Virus record (IMG/VR): IMGVR_UViG_3300007960_008803 | Span: 1 to 52,848 of that record | DNA: 52,848 nt | From: a virus | Lineage: Duplodnaviria > Caudoviricetes | Strand: one strand, 5' to 3' | Shown: positions 27,995 to 37,598 of the stretch, in pieces | Position numbering within the stretch: position 1 is the first letter of the stretch | How the letters are laid out: each line of letters opens with the position of its first letter | Translations under genes and position numbers: made by a program | The notes under the pieces: model-generated | The model's input: the letters and a program-made list of their open reading frames with translations, nothing else | Databases searched by the model: none | Told to the model about the DNA's origin: nothing

Positions 27995-29806
27995 ATGCCG
28001 AAGAACAAAAATATTCCAATAAAATACACCAGTAGAGACTTTAATTCAATAAAGAAAGACTTAATAGAACATGCTAAGAGATATTATCCTGATAACTATA
28101 ATGATTTCTCTGAGGCTTCCTTTGGATCTTTAATGTTTGACACCGTTTCGTACATAGGAGATGTATTATCTTATTATTTAGACTATTCAGTCAATGAATC
28201 ATTCTTAGATACAGCAATCGAGTTTCCAAATGTCAGAAGACATGCAAAGAACCTAGGTTATAATTTTACAGGAATACCTGTTGCTTTCGGTTCAGTTGCT
28301 TTATTCATTGAAGTACCAGCAAACTCAGATGGAAATGGACCAAATACATCATACATTCCGGTCCTTAAAAAAGGAGCTGAATTTCTTGGTGGCAATGGAA
28401 CAACTTACACTTTATTAGAAGACGTTAGGTTTGATAGACCAGAGAATGATATAATAGCAGTTAAATTTAACAATGTAACAGGTCAAGCAACTCATTATGC
28501 AATAAGATCTTTCGGTCAAGTTTCATCAGGTAAATCATTTACAGCTATTATTGATTTGTCTCAAGCAACATTTAAAAAATTTAGAAGAGTACAAGTAGGA
28601 GATAATACAATTTCTGAGATAATTGATGTAAGAGATGCCGAAGGAAATGTGTTTTATGAAGTTGACTTCTTATCTCAAGAAACAGTCTTTGTTGAAACAA
28701 CAAACCCTACAGCTTTATCAGACGGTGTTAGATCTATAATGAAGCCATATGTAACAGCCCGTAGATTTATCTTAGAACAAGACGATACAGGAACTTATAT
28801 ACAATTTGGTTTCGGATCAGACGACGATGACGATTCAGGACTTGCAGATCCATCTCAAGTAGCTGTTCAAATGCATGGCAAGAATTATGTTACAAGTAAA
28901 GCAATAGATCCAACAAAGCTATTAGGCACAGACAAGCTTGGGATATCTCCACAAGGAACAACACTAACAGTTACTTACAGAAAGAATGATGGTAATATTA
29001 CCAACGCAGGACCAAGAACAATTAAAGAGGTTTCTTTTTCGAATCTAGTATTTAGTAATCCTAACACTTTAGACAGTGGTCTTATCAATACTGTTAAGTC
29101 TAGTTTAGAAGTTATCAATGATGAACCGATAGTTGGTTCTTCTGTTGATTTTACAATAGATGAATTGAAAGTAAGGTCAAAGAACTTTTTTGCTTCTCAA
29201 AACAGAGCTGTTACCAAAATGGATTACGAAGCAATTGCTTACAATATGCCAACAAAATTTGGCCAAGTAAAAAGAGTTAATGTTATCAATAATCCTTTTG
29301 CTACTAATAAGAAGCTAGCTATTTACGTTGCTTCAATAGATAATCAAGGAGCATTTGTTCAAACAAATCAGGCAACAAAAAATAATTTAAAAAATTGGTT
29401 AAACCAGTATGCGTCGATAAATGATGTTATTGAGATATTTGATGCAAAGATTGTAAACTTTTCAATTGATTTTTCAATAATGACAGACAATAGATATGAT
29501 ACATCGACAGTATTGGCTAATGCTATCACAAGACTTAAGAATAAATATTCAGAAAAGTTTTACATTGGTGAACCGATCTATATTAACGACATCTACAATC
29601 TTCTCTCAAAAACAGAAGGTGTGATTGATGTTAAAGAAGTTAAGATTGAAAATAAAAACGCTTCAAACCACGGAACAGGATATTCAAATATTCAATTGGA
29701 AATGCAGGATATGATCTCACAAGATAGAACTTACTACAAGGCTCCAAAAAACGTAATATTTGAACTCAAGTTTCCGAATCAAGACATCAAAGGGAAAGCA
29801 AGATAA
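27995..29806 (+). CDS. Baseplate wedge protein, T4 gp6/baseplate J-like
   Basis: YTSRDFNSIK..L, DFSEASFG..M.D..SYIGDVLSYYLD...ESFLDTA....V..HAKNLGY, IQFG.G, QNRAVTKMDY. Confidence 0.9.
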   Translation: MPKNKNIPIKYTSRDFNSIKKDLIEHAKRYYPDNYNDFSEASFGSLMFDTVSYIGDVLSYYLDYSVNESFLDTAIEFPNVRRHAKNLGYNFTGIPVAFGSVALFIEVPANSDGNGPNTSYIPVLKKGAEFLGGNGTTYTLLEDVRFDRPENDIIAVKFNNVTGQATHYAIRSFGQVSSGKSFTAIIDLSQATFKKFRRVQVGDNTISEIIDVRDAEGNVFYEVDFLSQETVFVETTNPTALSDGVRSIMKPYVTARRFILEQDDTGTYIQFGFGSDDDDDSGLADPSQVAVQMHGKNYVTSKAIDPTKLLGTDKLGISPQGTTLTVTYRKNDGNITNAGPRTIKEVSFSNLVFSNPNTLDSGLINTVKSSLEVINDEPIVGSSVDFTIDELKVRSKNFFASQNRAVTKMDYEAIAYNMPTKFGQVKRVNVINNPFATNKKLAIYVASIDNQGAFVQTNQATKNNLKNWLNQYASINDVIEIFDAKIVNFSIDFSIMTDNRYDTSTVLANAITRLKNKYSEKFYIGEPIYINDIYNLLSKTEGVIDVKEVKIENKNASNHGTGYSNIQLEMQDMISQDRTYYKAPKNVIFELKFPNQDIKGKAR

Positions 29807-31227
29807 TGGCTATTAAAAAATACTTTGCAACAGCAGACAATACAATTTCCAATGCTTTTGATGAAACCCTTTTATCATCAAACAGAGCAACGGGCTCCAA
29901 TATGGGAGCTTCTGATATTTTAGAAGTCTTTCAAATTTATGGACAGGCTACAACCAGCTCATCAGAGCTTTCAAGAATTTTGATTCAATTTGACACAGAT
30001 CAAATATCCTCGGATAGAACAGCCGGTAAAATACCTGCTGCTGGTTCTGTAAACTTTTATCTCAATCTCTACAACGCTGAGCATTCCTCGACATTACCTG
30101 AAAATTTTGATCTCACAATCTCTGCTGTGTCTCAATCATGGCAAGAAGGTAACGGTCTTGACATGGTTAACTACACCGACAAAACATACAATGTAACTGG
30201 TTCTAACTGGAATAGCAGAGGAACTGAAGGACTTTGGGATTCTGCCGGAGGAGACTATCATGCTTCTCCAACATTTAATAAAAACTTCCCAGAAGGCTAT
30301 GAAAATCTTTCTGTTGACGTCACATCTCTTGTAGAAGAATGGCTTGACGGAACAAAAGACAATTATGGTTTTGGAATAAAACTTAAAGATAACTTGGAAT
30401 CAGCAACAAAGTCTTATTACACAAAAAAATTCTTTGCAAGAGGAACCGAGTTCTTTTTCAACAGACCAAGTTTGGAAGCTAAGTGGAATGATTCTATAAC
30501 GGACGATAGAGGTGCTTTCTTTGCGTCTTCTTCTCTAGCCCCTGCCAATGACAACCTAAACACTTTGTACCTCTACAATCGCATTAGAGGGCGATTAAGA
30601 GACATACCTGCTGTAGGTACTGATGACATCGAAGTGTCGCTTTACACAGAAGCTGGAGGAACTCAAATTGGTTCTACATTCACTGGTTCACATGTTTCAA
30701 CTGGAATTTACAAATGCAGTGTTTATGCAGATACAGATGACACGTCAATAATTGACGTTTGGCATTCAGGTGGAGTTGAATATCACACAGGTTCAATTTC
30801 GGTTTTATCAGAAAATGCGGAGATAATAGATGAAAACACAAGATATCTTCTTTCAATTCCAAACTTGAACAAAGAATACAGAAATACAGATAAAGTAAGA
30901 TTTAAGTTATATGTAAGACCAAAGAATTGGTCTCCGACAATTTACACAGTTGCAAAAGCGACACCAGAATCGACAGTTATTCATTCAGCTTCATATGAGA
31001 TTTGCAGATCAATTGATAACTTAGTGGTTATTCCGCACGATACAGGGTCTAATTTATCGACTAAATTATCATACAATGTTAGTGGTAACTACTTTGACAT
31101 AGATATGTCTTACTTCGAGCCAGGCTATGATTACGATATAAAGTTTGCTTTTTATGATGAATATCTTGAAAGCTGGAATCACCAACCTTATCAATTTAAA
31201 TTTAAAGTGAGAGAAGATGAGTATTAA
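29806..31227 (+). CDS. Putative virion protein with DNRLRE-like beta-sandwich domain
   Basis: SRILIQFD, LNLY, SWQEG, W..AGGD, VDVTSLVEEW....NYGF.IK, RPSL; follows the gp6-like gene. Confidence 0.6.
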   Translation: MAIKKYFATADNTISNAFDETLLSSNRATGSNMGASDILEVFQIYGQATTSSSELSRILIQFDTDQISSDRTAGKIPAAGSVNFYLNLYNAEHSSTLPENFDLTISAVSQSWQEGNGLDMVNYTDKTYNVTGSNWNSRGTEGLWDSAGGDYHASPTFNKNFPEGYENLSVDVTSLVEEWLDGTKDNYGFGIKLKDNLESATKSYYTKKFFARGTEFFFNRPSLEAKWNDSITDDRGAFFASSSLAPANDNLNTLYLYNRIRGRLRDIPAVGTDDIEVSLYTEAGGTQIGSTFTGSHVSTGIYKCSVYADTDDTSIIDVWHSGGVEYHTGSISVLSENAEIIDENTRYLLSIPNLNKEYRNTDKVRFKLYVRPKNWSPTIYTVAKATPESTVIHSASYEICRSIDNLVVIPHDTGSNLSTKLSYNVSGNYFDIDMSYFEPGYDYDIKFAFYDEYLESWNHQPYQFKFKVREDEY

Positions 31228-32461
31228 AGATTTTTTTTATAAAAAAGAAGTTGTTCTTGAAGACCAATCAAAACTAACTTCTTCGGTTGAATCTGCGGAT
31301 TTAATTGAGGAAATAAGAGAACAAAACAAGACTTTTGTTCCTGATGTAGATTTTTCTGATCCAAAAAACTTCGCAAGATTTGGTTCCGCTAAAGAATATT
31401 ACGAAGGATCTATCAAAAGAATTTATGAACAATATCCTTACGATGGCTCCGAAGCAGAAAAGCTAAGCTTCTATAACGATTCAACGTTTCTCGACCAATG
31501 GTTATTTGACAACAAATATCCAAAATCTACTGGTTATGCAGTCTTCTCAGCAGATGGTTGGGGAACTGCAACAACAATTAACGACTACGGTAAACCAAAT
31601 GTTTTGGAATATATATACTCTGCCGGTGGATTGCGAGAAGCTTCTCTTTATCAACACACAGGTTCTGATACAATTAGTTCAGGACAACTAAAGAATGTTT
31701 TTGACAAAGGCGTTAAACACGATTCGGATAAGAACAGAACTTTAAATTACAGAATGAAGATGGACGATGGTCTCACAATTCAATTTTGGATGAAAAAAGA
31801 CGAATTCCTTCCTTCCTCTACAAGACGAGAAGTCATTCTTGACCTTTGGAATGGCGTAACCACATCTGGTTCGCATGATTACGGACGTTTGATACTTGAA
31901 ATGTCTGCTTCCGATAAGCAAGAGTCTGCGCTAAGATTGACACTGTATTCAGGTTCTTATGGTATTGTTGATCAACCAATCGCACTTAGTTCTTATGGAT
32001 CAGCGTCGATAGCAAATGGTGAATGGCAACACCACACAATCACAGTTAAAGCAGCTTCTCAAAATCTCGAGATAAGTTACTACAACAACGGTATCTTGAA
32101 CAGCGGTTCGACATACAGCACTACCAATACACTAGGTGAGATACCCAATAACATTAACGGATATCTTGGAGCCTTACAAACAGCTTCATATGGAAATGAT
32201 TATCATAATCAAGATATGGTAGGAGCAGGAAAACTTTCTGCTTCTCTCGACGATTTCAGATATTGGAAAAAAGAATTAGATGCCCAGTACATTAAAAACA
32301 CTTGGTTCTACCCAATTGGTGGAGGATCAAATTCTGATGATAACAGAACTTCACTTGGAGTTTATTACAAGTTTAACGAAGGTGTTGTAGGAAATACAGC
32401 GTATGATGCGACCGTCTTGGATTATTCAGGAAGAATTGCAAACGGAACTTGGACAGGATAA
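31217..32461 (+). CDS. N-terminal part of a giant baseplate/tail protein, with LamG (concanavalin A-like) domain; ends at an in-frame TAA
   Basis: TIQFWMK, WQHHTIT, SLDDFRYW, LGVYYKFNEG...VLDYSG LamG pattern; same frame as 32510..37597. Confidence 0.75.
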   Translation: MSIKDFFYKKEVVLEDQSKLTSSVESADLIEEIREQNKTFVPDVDFSDPKNFARFGSAKEYYEGSIKRIYEQYPYDGSEAEKLSFYNDSTFLDQWLFDNKYPKSTGYAVFSADGWGTATTINDYGKPNVLEYIYSAGGLREASLYQHTGSDTISSGQLKNVFDKGVKHDSDKNRTLNYRMKMDDGLTIQFWMKKDEFLPSSTRREVILDLWNGVTTSGSHDYGRLILEMSASDKQESALRLTLYSGSYGIVDQPIALSSYGSASIANGEWQHHTITVKAASQNLEISYYNNGILNSGSTYSTTNTLGEIPNNINGYLGALQTASYGNDYHNQDMVGAGKLSASLDDFRYWKKELDAQYIKNTWFYPIGGGSNSDDNRTSLGVYYKFNEGVVGNTAYDATVLDYSGRIANGTWTG

Positions 32462-32509
32462 ACAACTAGTTCTAGAAATACAGGATCAGCATACGTTAGT
32501 GCCTCAATA

Positions 32510-35500
32510 TTGCAATCTGAACCCGGTGATCCCATCATCCGGTTAGATCACCCTAGCGTTCAATCTTTGTTGACTGAGATGGCAACAAGCGGCTCTAATC
32601 ACGATAGAGATAATACAATAAGAATGTATGATATGGTTCCTGCTTGGCTTCGAGAAGAAGATACAAATGGAAATATAAATTATCTTTTTCAAATACTTTC
32701 TTCATACTTTGACACACTTTATTGTCAAATCAAAGAAGTTCCAAAGTTAAAAGACAAAAACTACTTCGATAGTGGCAATATGCCTTATGAGTTCATCGAT
32801 AGAATGTTGTCCGAGAAAGGATTATTGGTTCCGAATACGTTTGTATCCTCAGAAATTTTGAACACATTTTGGCAAAGAGACGATCAGAACAATTATTTTG
32901 AGCAATCAATTGAGAAAACAAAACGACAAATTTATTATAACATCTACAATAATCTCGAGTTTATCTTAAAATCGAAAGGAACTGAGAAGTCGTTCCGTAA
33001 TTTATTAAGATGTTTTGGTATTGATGACGAAGTTATTAAGTTAAATGTTTACACCGATAATGCAACTCATTATTTAAAAGACAGATACAAAAACTCGTCT
33101 GTTAAATCAAAATTTGTTAACTTCAATAAACCTTCTAGATTTGGAGCTTCAATAACACAAACCACTTCTTCAATTAATTCATTGACATTTATCTCTGGTT
33201 CTGATACAGCAAGACTTGAAAGAAACAACGCTTTTACAATTGAAGGTGATGTGTTGTTCCCCGAGCCAAGAAAAGTTGAAGATAATGATTACTTTGTTGC
33301 ATCATTTATTTCAAGCTCGATATTTGGCTTTCACGAGGCAAATTCTTCGGATAGCACCGATTACACCTTTGGCGGCTCAAACGACGCCAATTTGCAATTT
33401 TACGCCGTTAAAGAGGAAGTTGGTTCTACCTCTGCAAAGTTTGTTGTAAAAAATGCTGATGATTCAATTGTTGTCGAATCTGATTTGTTTGAGGAAGTAT
33501 ACACAAACGAAAGATGGAACTTTTCTTTAACTATTGAACCAGTTGGATACCCTTTCGCTGGATCTTTCTTAAGTTCATCAAATCCAGATTATAATATTAG
33601 ACTTTATGGCGTCACCTACAATAACGAAGAAATCAAAAACCAATTTACTTTAACTGCTTCTGTTAGCAATACCGTGGGCATTTCTTTATTAACAAAACCA
33701 AAAAGACTGTATGTTGGAGCAAATAAGACCAATTTTACTGGTTCTGTGATAGCTTCAACAGATGTAAAGATCGGTTCAATAAGAATGTGGATGGATAAAT
33801 TGTCTAACGAAGCTATTCAACAGCACAATTTAGACCCTAAAAACTACGGACACAACAAGATTTATGGTTCTCCGACCGTTTTTTTCCATGATATTTCTGG
33901 TTCTTCACAAATTCCTGCTATGGATTCTCTTATTCTTCATTGGAATTTTGATGAAAATGCGTCCTCTGATGCAAATGGAGAGTTTGTTGTTGAGGATTTC
34001 TCAAGTGGATCAACCTCAAATCTCTATGGTTGGGCATCAAATATCATTGAAAGAGAAAACAAAGGTCTTGGTTTGGACTTTCCTGCGTCTGAAGAGGTGT
34101 TTACAAACGAATTTATCTTTGCGAGAAGAAAAGAATTGCCTGAGATATCGTTCACCGATGATAGAATCACAATAATGGACGATGAAAAAGAGTTTTTTAT
34201 TGAAGACGAAGACACAACCGACAATGTTTTCTCTCTTGAGAAGTCAATGAATCAATCAATTTCTGAGGAAATGATAAGAACATTCTCGACAATGAAAGAA
34301 TATGCAAATCTTTTTGCCAAACCTGTTGATTATTATCGTCAAGAATACAAACGTTTAAGAAAAGCTCGTTCTCTTTTCTTCGAGAGAACCACCGGAAATC
34401 CTGACTTTGATAAGTTTACTGAATATTTCAAGTGGATTGACACATCTGTATCATTCTTTATCGAGCAATTAAAGCCTGCTTCTGTCACATTTAATGAAGG
34501 AATCGCAAACGTTGTTGAATCTCATATTTTTGAAAGACCAAAGAACGAAAGAAAATTCCCAACCATCAAAACCCTTCAATCTACAATGGGTTCTTTGCGA
34601 GGTATCGGAGAGCTTGACTACAATTGGAAGTTCGGACATGCTCCTGACTACAAAAGCTCAACAGATGATATCCATTGTCTTTGGAAAAAAGAAAGAGAAG
34701 TTCGAGAAGACATAGCTGATAGGGAAACAATAAGAAAAATACTTGGTTCTAAAACTGGTGGTATAATCAAAAGACTTGGAGATCCCACAACAGATCCTCA
34801 AACTGCTTATATAGCCCAAGGTTATGCTGAGGCCACAAGAAGGTTTTCAAAACCTTACAAATTAACAGCTGAGGCTTCAACTACAATTCACGGTGGAACA
34901 AATTACAACGAGAATAGAAATAGAGACTTTATTTTTGATAATATCAAACCTCATGGCTCAAAGACATCAATAGGAATCCCAGTAAATGTTGTAGTAGTAG
35001 GTATCGGACCAGGTCAAGGAATAATTAATTCATCTGTATGTGATGATATAGAAGATCCAAACAAAAAAGAAAAATACAACTTTAGAATGACCGTTGGTAA
35101 AGACTCGTCAGGTGATGGTTCACAACCCTCAACAGGATCTTTGGACTTGGTTTATGAAGTTAAATCCGCTTATGGTTCTCCATTTAATATTGTTTCAGGA
35201 AACGTAGACGATGGAACAAACAGAACTGTAGATCAGAATTACAAAGATAGTGTAATTTTGACTAACTTGCATTCTGATACCACATATATTTCAAATGATG
35301 TTCCAATGCAAGGACCTTTTACTGAAACTTGGGTTGGAGGTCGTCAAAATAGACATGTTCAATTGAATAAATATAATGAAGATTACACAACAACTAATAA
35401 ATTGGACGATCAATACACAAGACCAGAAGCTTATAGGATTTTGTTTGGAGAACATCCTGATGAATCTGTTCAAGATGGTGCTCTTGGGATTGTTGGCCCT

Positions 35501-37597
35501 GATTATGGTGGCCCTTATCCTGATACCACAAGAAAATGGGCTATTTATTATAGAGATTTTAGAGGAAAGCGTCCTTACAATATTCAAAATATCCAAGGTG
35601 ACCAGTATCGTCAAGGAAACTATACAAGAAAATATGAATATTTTAGTTCTGTTGGTCGTTTGGAAAATAATTCAAGATTTAAAAAAGCAGGATCTGAAAC
35701 AGGTTATGAATTAAGCGGAACCTTTTTACCAACACAGATAAAACAAGATTTACCACAAACAACTCACCCTTTGACCCTTGTGGCTCAAAATAATTCTAGA
35801 GTTGGTAATGTTTTCGGTTCAGGAATATCAAACAGGATAAACCCATTAGATGCGTTTAATTACGTATTTACAGTTAAAACCGGTTCTTCATTGTCTGATG
35901 GTGACCTATTACAGTTAACTGGTTCTATTAATGAGATCACCAGTATTGATAAAGAGGTCGAAGTAGATACAGATGGAAATTTCACAGCTTCTCAAGGAGA
36001 GATTTTTGTATACAATTATAGAAAAGCGTTTAGAGCCAATTCACTAAGCGATGCTCGAGCAGTAGATGGATCATACACAGGTTTATCAAATAATAATTTT
36101 TCTGTCTCAATGTGGATAAACAATACCGATTCTGATGTTTCTAGTGCATCTTATCTATTATTTTATGAAAGCGGAAATCTTAGGCATTATTTACATTTTG
36201 GATACGATGATAATAGAATTTATTATGAAAATCAAGCTGGTAGTAATGACTATTTAGAATTTGATACCAACTTAGCTTCTGTTTCTGGAAGTCAATGGGT
36301 TCATTTAATAGCAATATTTGAAATAGATGACTTAACAGATAACGCAAAAGCACCTAGGTTATGGCTGAATGGAAATCAAGTTACATCTTCTGGAGGAAGT
36401 TCTTACACTGCACCTGGTGGAGTAACTCCAGTAATAGATGAAATTAGAATACAACTGGACGATAGAGTAGCAGTTCAAGATGTAGTTCTTTGGAGTACTC
36501 TCCTAACTGGCTCTGATGCTATTGATGAATTGTACAATGGGGGTAATTGGAAAGATCCAACTACACACACTAGTGCTTCGGCCATAATAGATTATTATAA
36601 ATTTGGAGAAGAAGAATACTGGGAACAATTAGGATACAGAACACAAAATGTTCTGTCTGCTTACAACAATTCAGATTCTAAATTTATTTCTTCCAGCTAT
36701 GGACATGGAGCAAATACCTTAGAAATAACCACAACCTATGATGAAGATTTTAAATTTATTCAAGGAAAAGGAAATAGAACCAATACAGAAATTTGGGACT
36801 CTCTTAAAAACAATTTAAATTACAATTTTACCGATTGGGATGTAAGTTATGTTTCAGGTTCAAGTGAAGCTACTTTTACTATAAGACCAAAGACAACACC
36901 CTACATAAGTAATTCAAAATTTTATTTGTCAGAAACAGGAACAACGTTCGACATTTTAGATGTAATATCTCCAGATGGTGTATCTAATGTTATAGAAAAA
37001 GAATCCGATTTCTTAACTGGCTCAATAAGAAATAGAACCGTAATTACCTCTCGATTCTCTGCTCCCGGTGGTGTTGAAGTTCAAACATATGGGTATCTTG
37101 ATGCTTATGCCAGAGAATATTCTGTGCATAATAACCTAAACTACAGAAACTTATCGATTAGAGGCTCAGGAAGCGGCGAATCTGGAACAATAAGAGTAAA
37201 TAGCCACGCTAACACTAGAGACGGTTTAAGAACGCTCTATCAACGTCCTATGGGCCGTGGAGGGGTTGATTCTGTTTATGAACAAGTTGACGAAACAGAT
37301 TACAACTTAACAGCGTCATTTCACAAAGTTCCAAGAAACACTTTGGTTACACCAAGATCTGGCTCTGCCGCAGTTGAAATCGTCGAGAGAAACAACAACT
37401 ACAATTACCAATCAATAATACCAGCATCTGATTATAACTATTCTTGGGTAACTTCTTCGCTTGGTGATAATTATAATGTAAGAAGTGGAACACAAAAAGT
37501 GTTTGGTTATTGGCCAAAAGATGGCTTAAATAAAGTCAACGGGATTGTTGACACAGCAATAACCTTCCCAACAGCATCAGACATAGTTGGAGTATAG
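32510..37597 (+). CDS. C-terminal part of the giant baseplate/tail protein (P2 gpI/gp7-like segment plus two LamG-like domains)
   Basis: VPAWLREED..LFQILSSYFD, ILKSKGTEKSFRNLLRCFG (gpI-like KGT motif); LamG-like FSVSMWIN...WVHL...LWLNG...DVVLW...IDELYN. TTG start has no SD, so it is probably continuous with 31217. Confidence 0.72.
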   Translation: MQSEPGDPIIRLDHPSVQSLLTEMATSGSNHDRDNTIRMYDMVPAWLREEDTNGNINYLFQILSSYFDTLYCQIKEVPKLKDKNYFDSGNMPYEFIDRMLSEKGLLVPNTFVSSEILNTFWQRDDQNNYFEQSIEKTKRQIYYNIYNNLEFILKSKGTEKSFRNLLRCFGIDDEVIKLNVYTDNATHYLKDRYKNSSVKSKFVNFNKPSRFGASITQTTSSINSLTFISGSDTARLERNNAFTIEGDVLFPEPRKVEDNDYFVASFISSSIFGFHEANSSDSTDYTFGGSNDANLQFYAVKEEVGSTSAKFVVKNADDSIVVESDLFEEVYTNERWNFSLTIEPVGYPFAGSFLSSSNPDYNIRLYGVTYNNEEIKNQFTLTASVSNTVGISLLTKPKRLYVGANKTNFTGSVIASTDVKIGSIRMWMDKLSNEAIQQHNLDPKNYGHNKIYGSPTVFFHDISGSSQIPAMDSLILHWNFDENASSDANGEFVVEDFSSGSTSNLYGWASNIIERENKGLGLDFPASEEVFTNEFIFARRKELPEISFTDDRITIMDDEKEFFIEDEDTTDNVFSLEKSMNQSISEEMIRTFSTMKEYANLFAKPVDYYRQEYKRLRKARSLFFERTTGNPDFDKFTEYFKWIDTSVSFFIEQLKPASVTFNEGIANVVESHIFERPKNERKFPTIKTLQSTMGSLRGIGELDYNWKFGHAPDYKSSTDDIHCLWKKEREVREDIADRETIRKILGSKTGGIIKRLGDPTTDPQTAYIAQGYAEATRRFSKPYKLTAEASTTIHGGTNYNENRNRDFIFDNIKPHGSKTSIGIPVNVVVVGIGPGQGIINSSVCDDIEDPNKKEKYNFRMTVGKDSSGDGSQPSTGSLDLVYEVKSAYGSPFNIVSGNVDDGTNRTVDQNYKDSVILTNLHSDTTYISNDVPMQGPFTETWVGGRQNRHVQLNKYNEDYTTTNKLDDQYTRPEAYRILFGEHPDESVQDGALGIVGPDYGGPYPDTTRKWAIYYRDFRGKRPYNIQNIQGDQYRQGNYTRKYEYFSSVGRLENNSRFKKAGSETGYELSGTFLPTQIKQDLPQTTHPLTLVAQNNSRVGNVFGSGISNRINPLDAFNYVFTVKTGSSLSDGDLLQLTGSINEITSIDKEVEVDTDGNFTASQGEIFVYNYRKAFRANSLSDARAVDGSYTGLSNNNFSVSMWINNTDSDVSSASYLLFYESGNLRHYLHFGYDDNRIYYENQAGSNDYLEFDTNLASVSGSQWVHLIAIFEIDDLTDNAKAPRLWLNGNQVTSSGGSSYTAPGGVTPVIDEIRIQLDDRVAVQDVVLWSTLLTGSDAIDELYNGGNWKDPTTHTSASAIIDYYKFGEEEYWEQLGYRTQNVLSAYNNSDSKFISSSYGHGANTLEITTTYDEDFKFIQGKGNRTNTEIWDSLKNNLNYNFTDWDVSYVSGSSEATFTIRPKTTPYISNSKFYLSETGTTFDILDVISPDGVSNVIEKESDFLTGSIRNRTVITSRFSAPGGVEVQTYGYLDAYAREYSVHNNLNYRNLSIRGSGSGESGTIRVNSHANTRDGLRTLYQRPMGRGGVDSVYEQVDETDYNLTASFHKVPRNTLVTPRSGSAAVEIVERNNNYNYQSIIPASDYNYSWVTSSLGDNYNVRSGTQKVFGYWPKDGLNKVNGIVDTAITFPTASDIVGV

Positions 37598-37598
37598 A

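Noticed and set aside
32465-32476. ACTAGT/TCTAGA palindromes just after the in-frame TAA as a readthrough stimulator
   Set aside because: Too short for a stable hairpin and expected by chance; no convincing structure seen.
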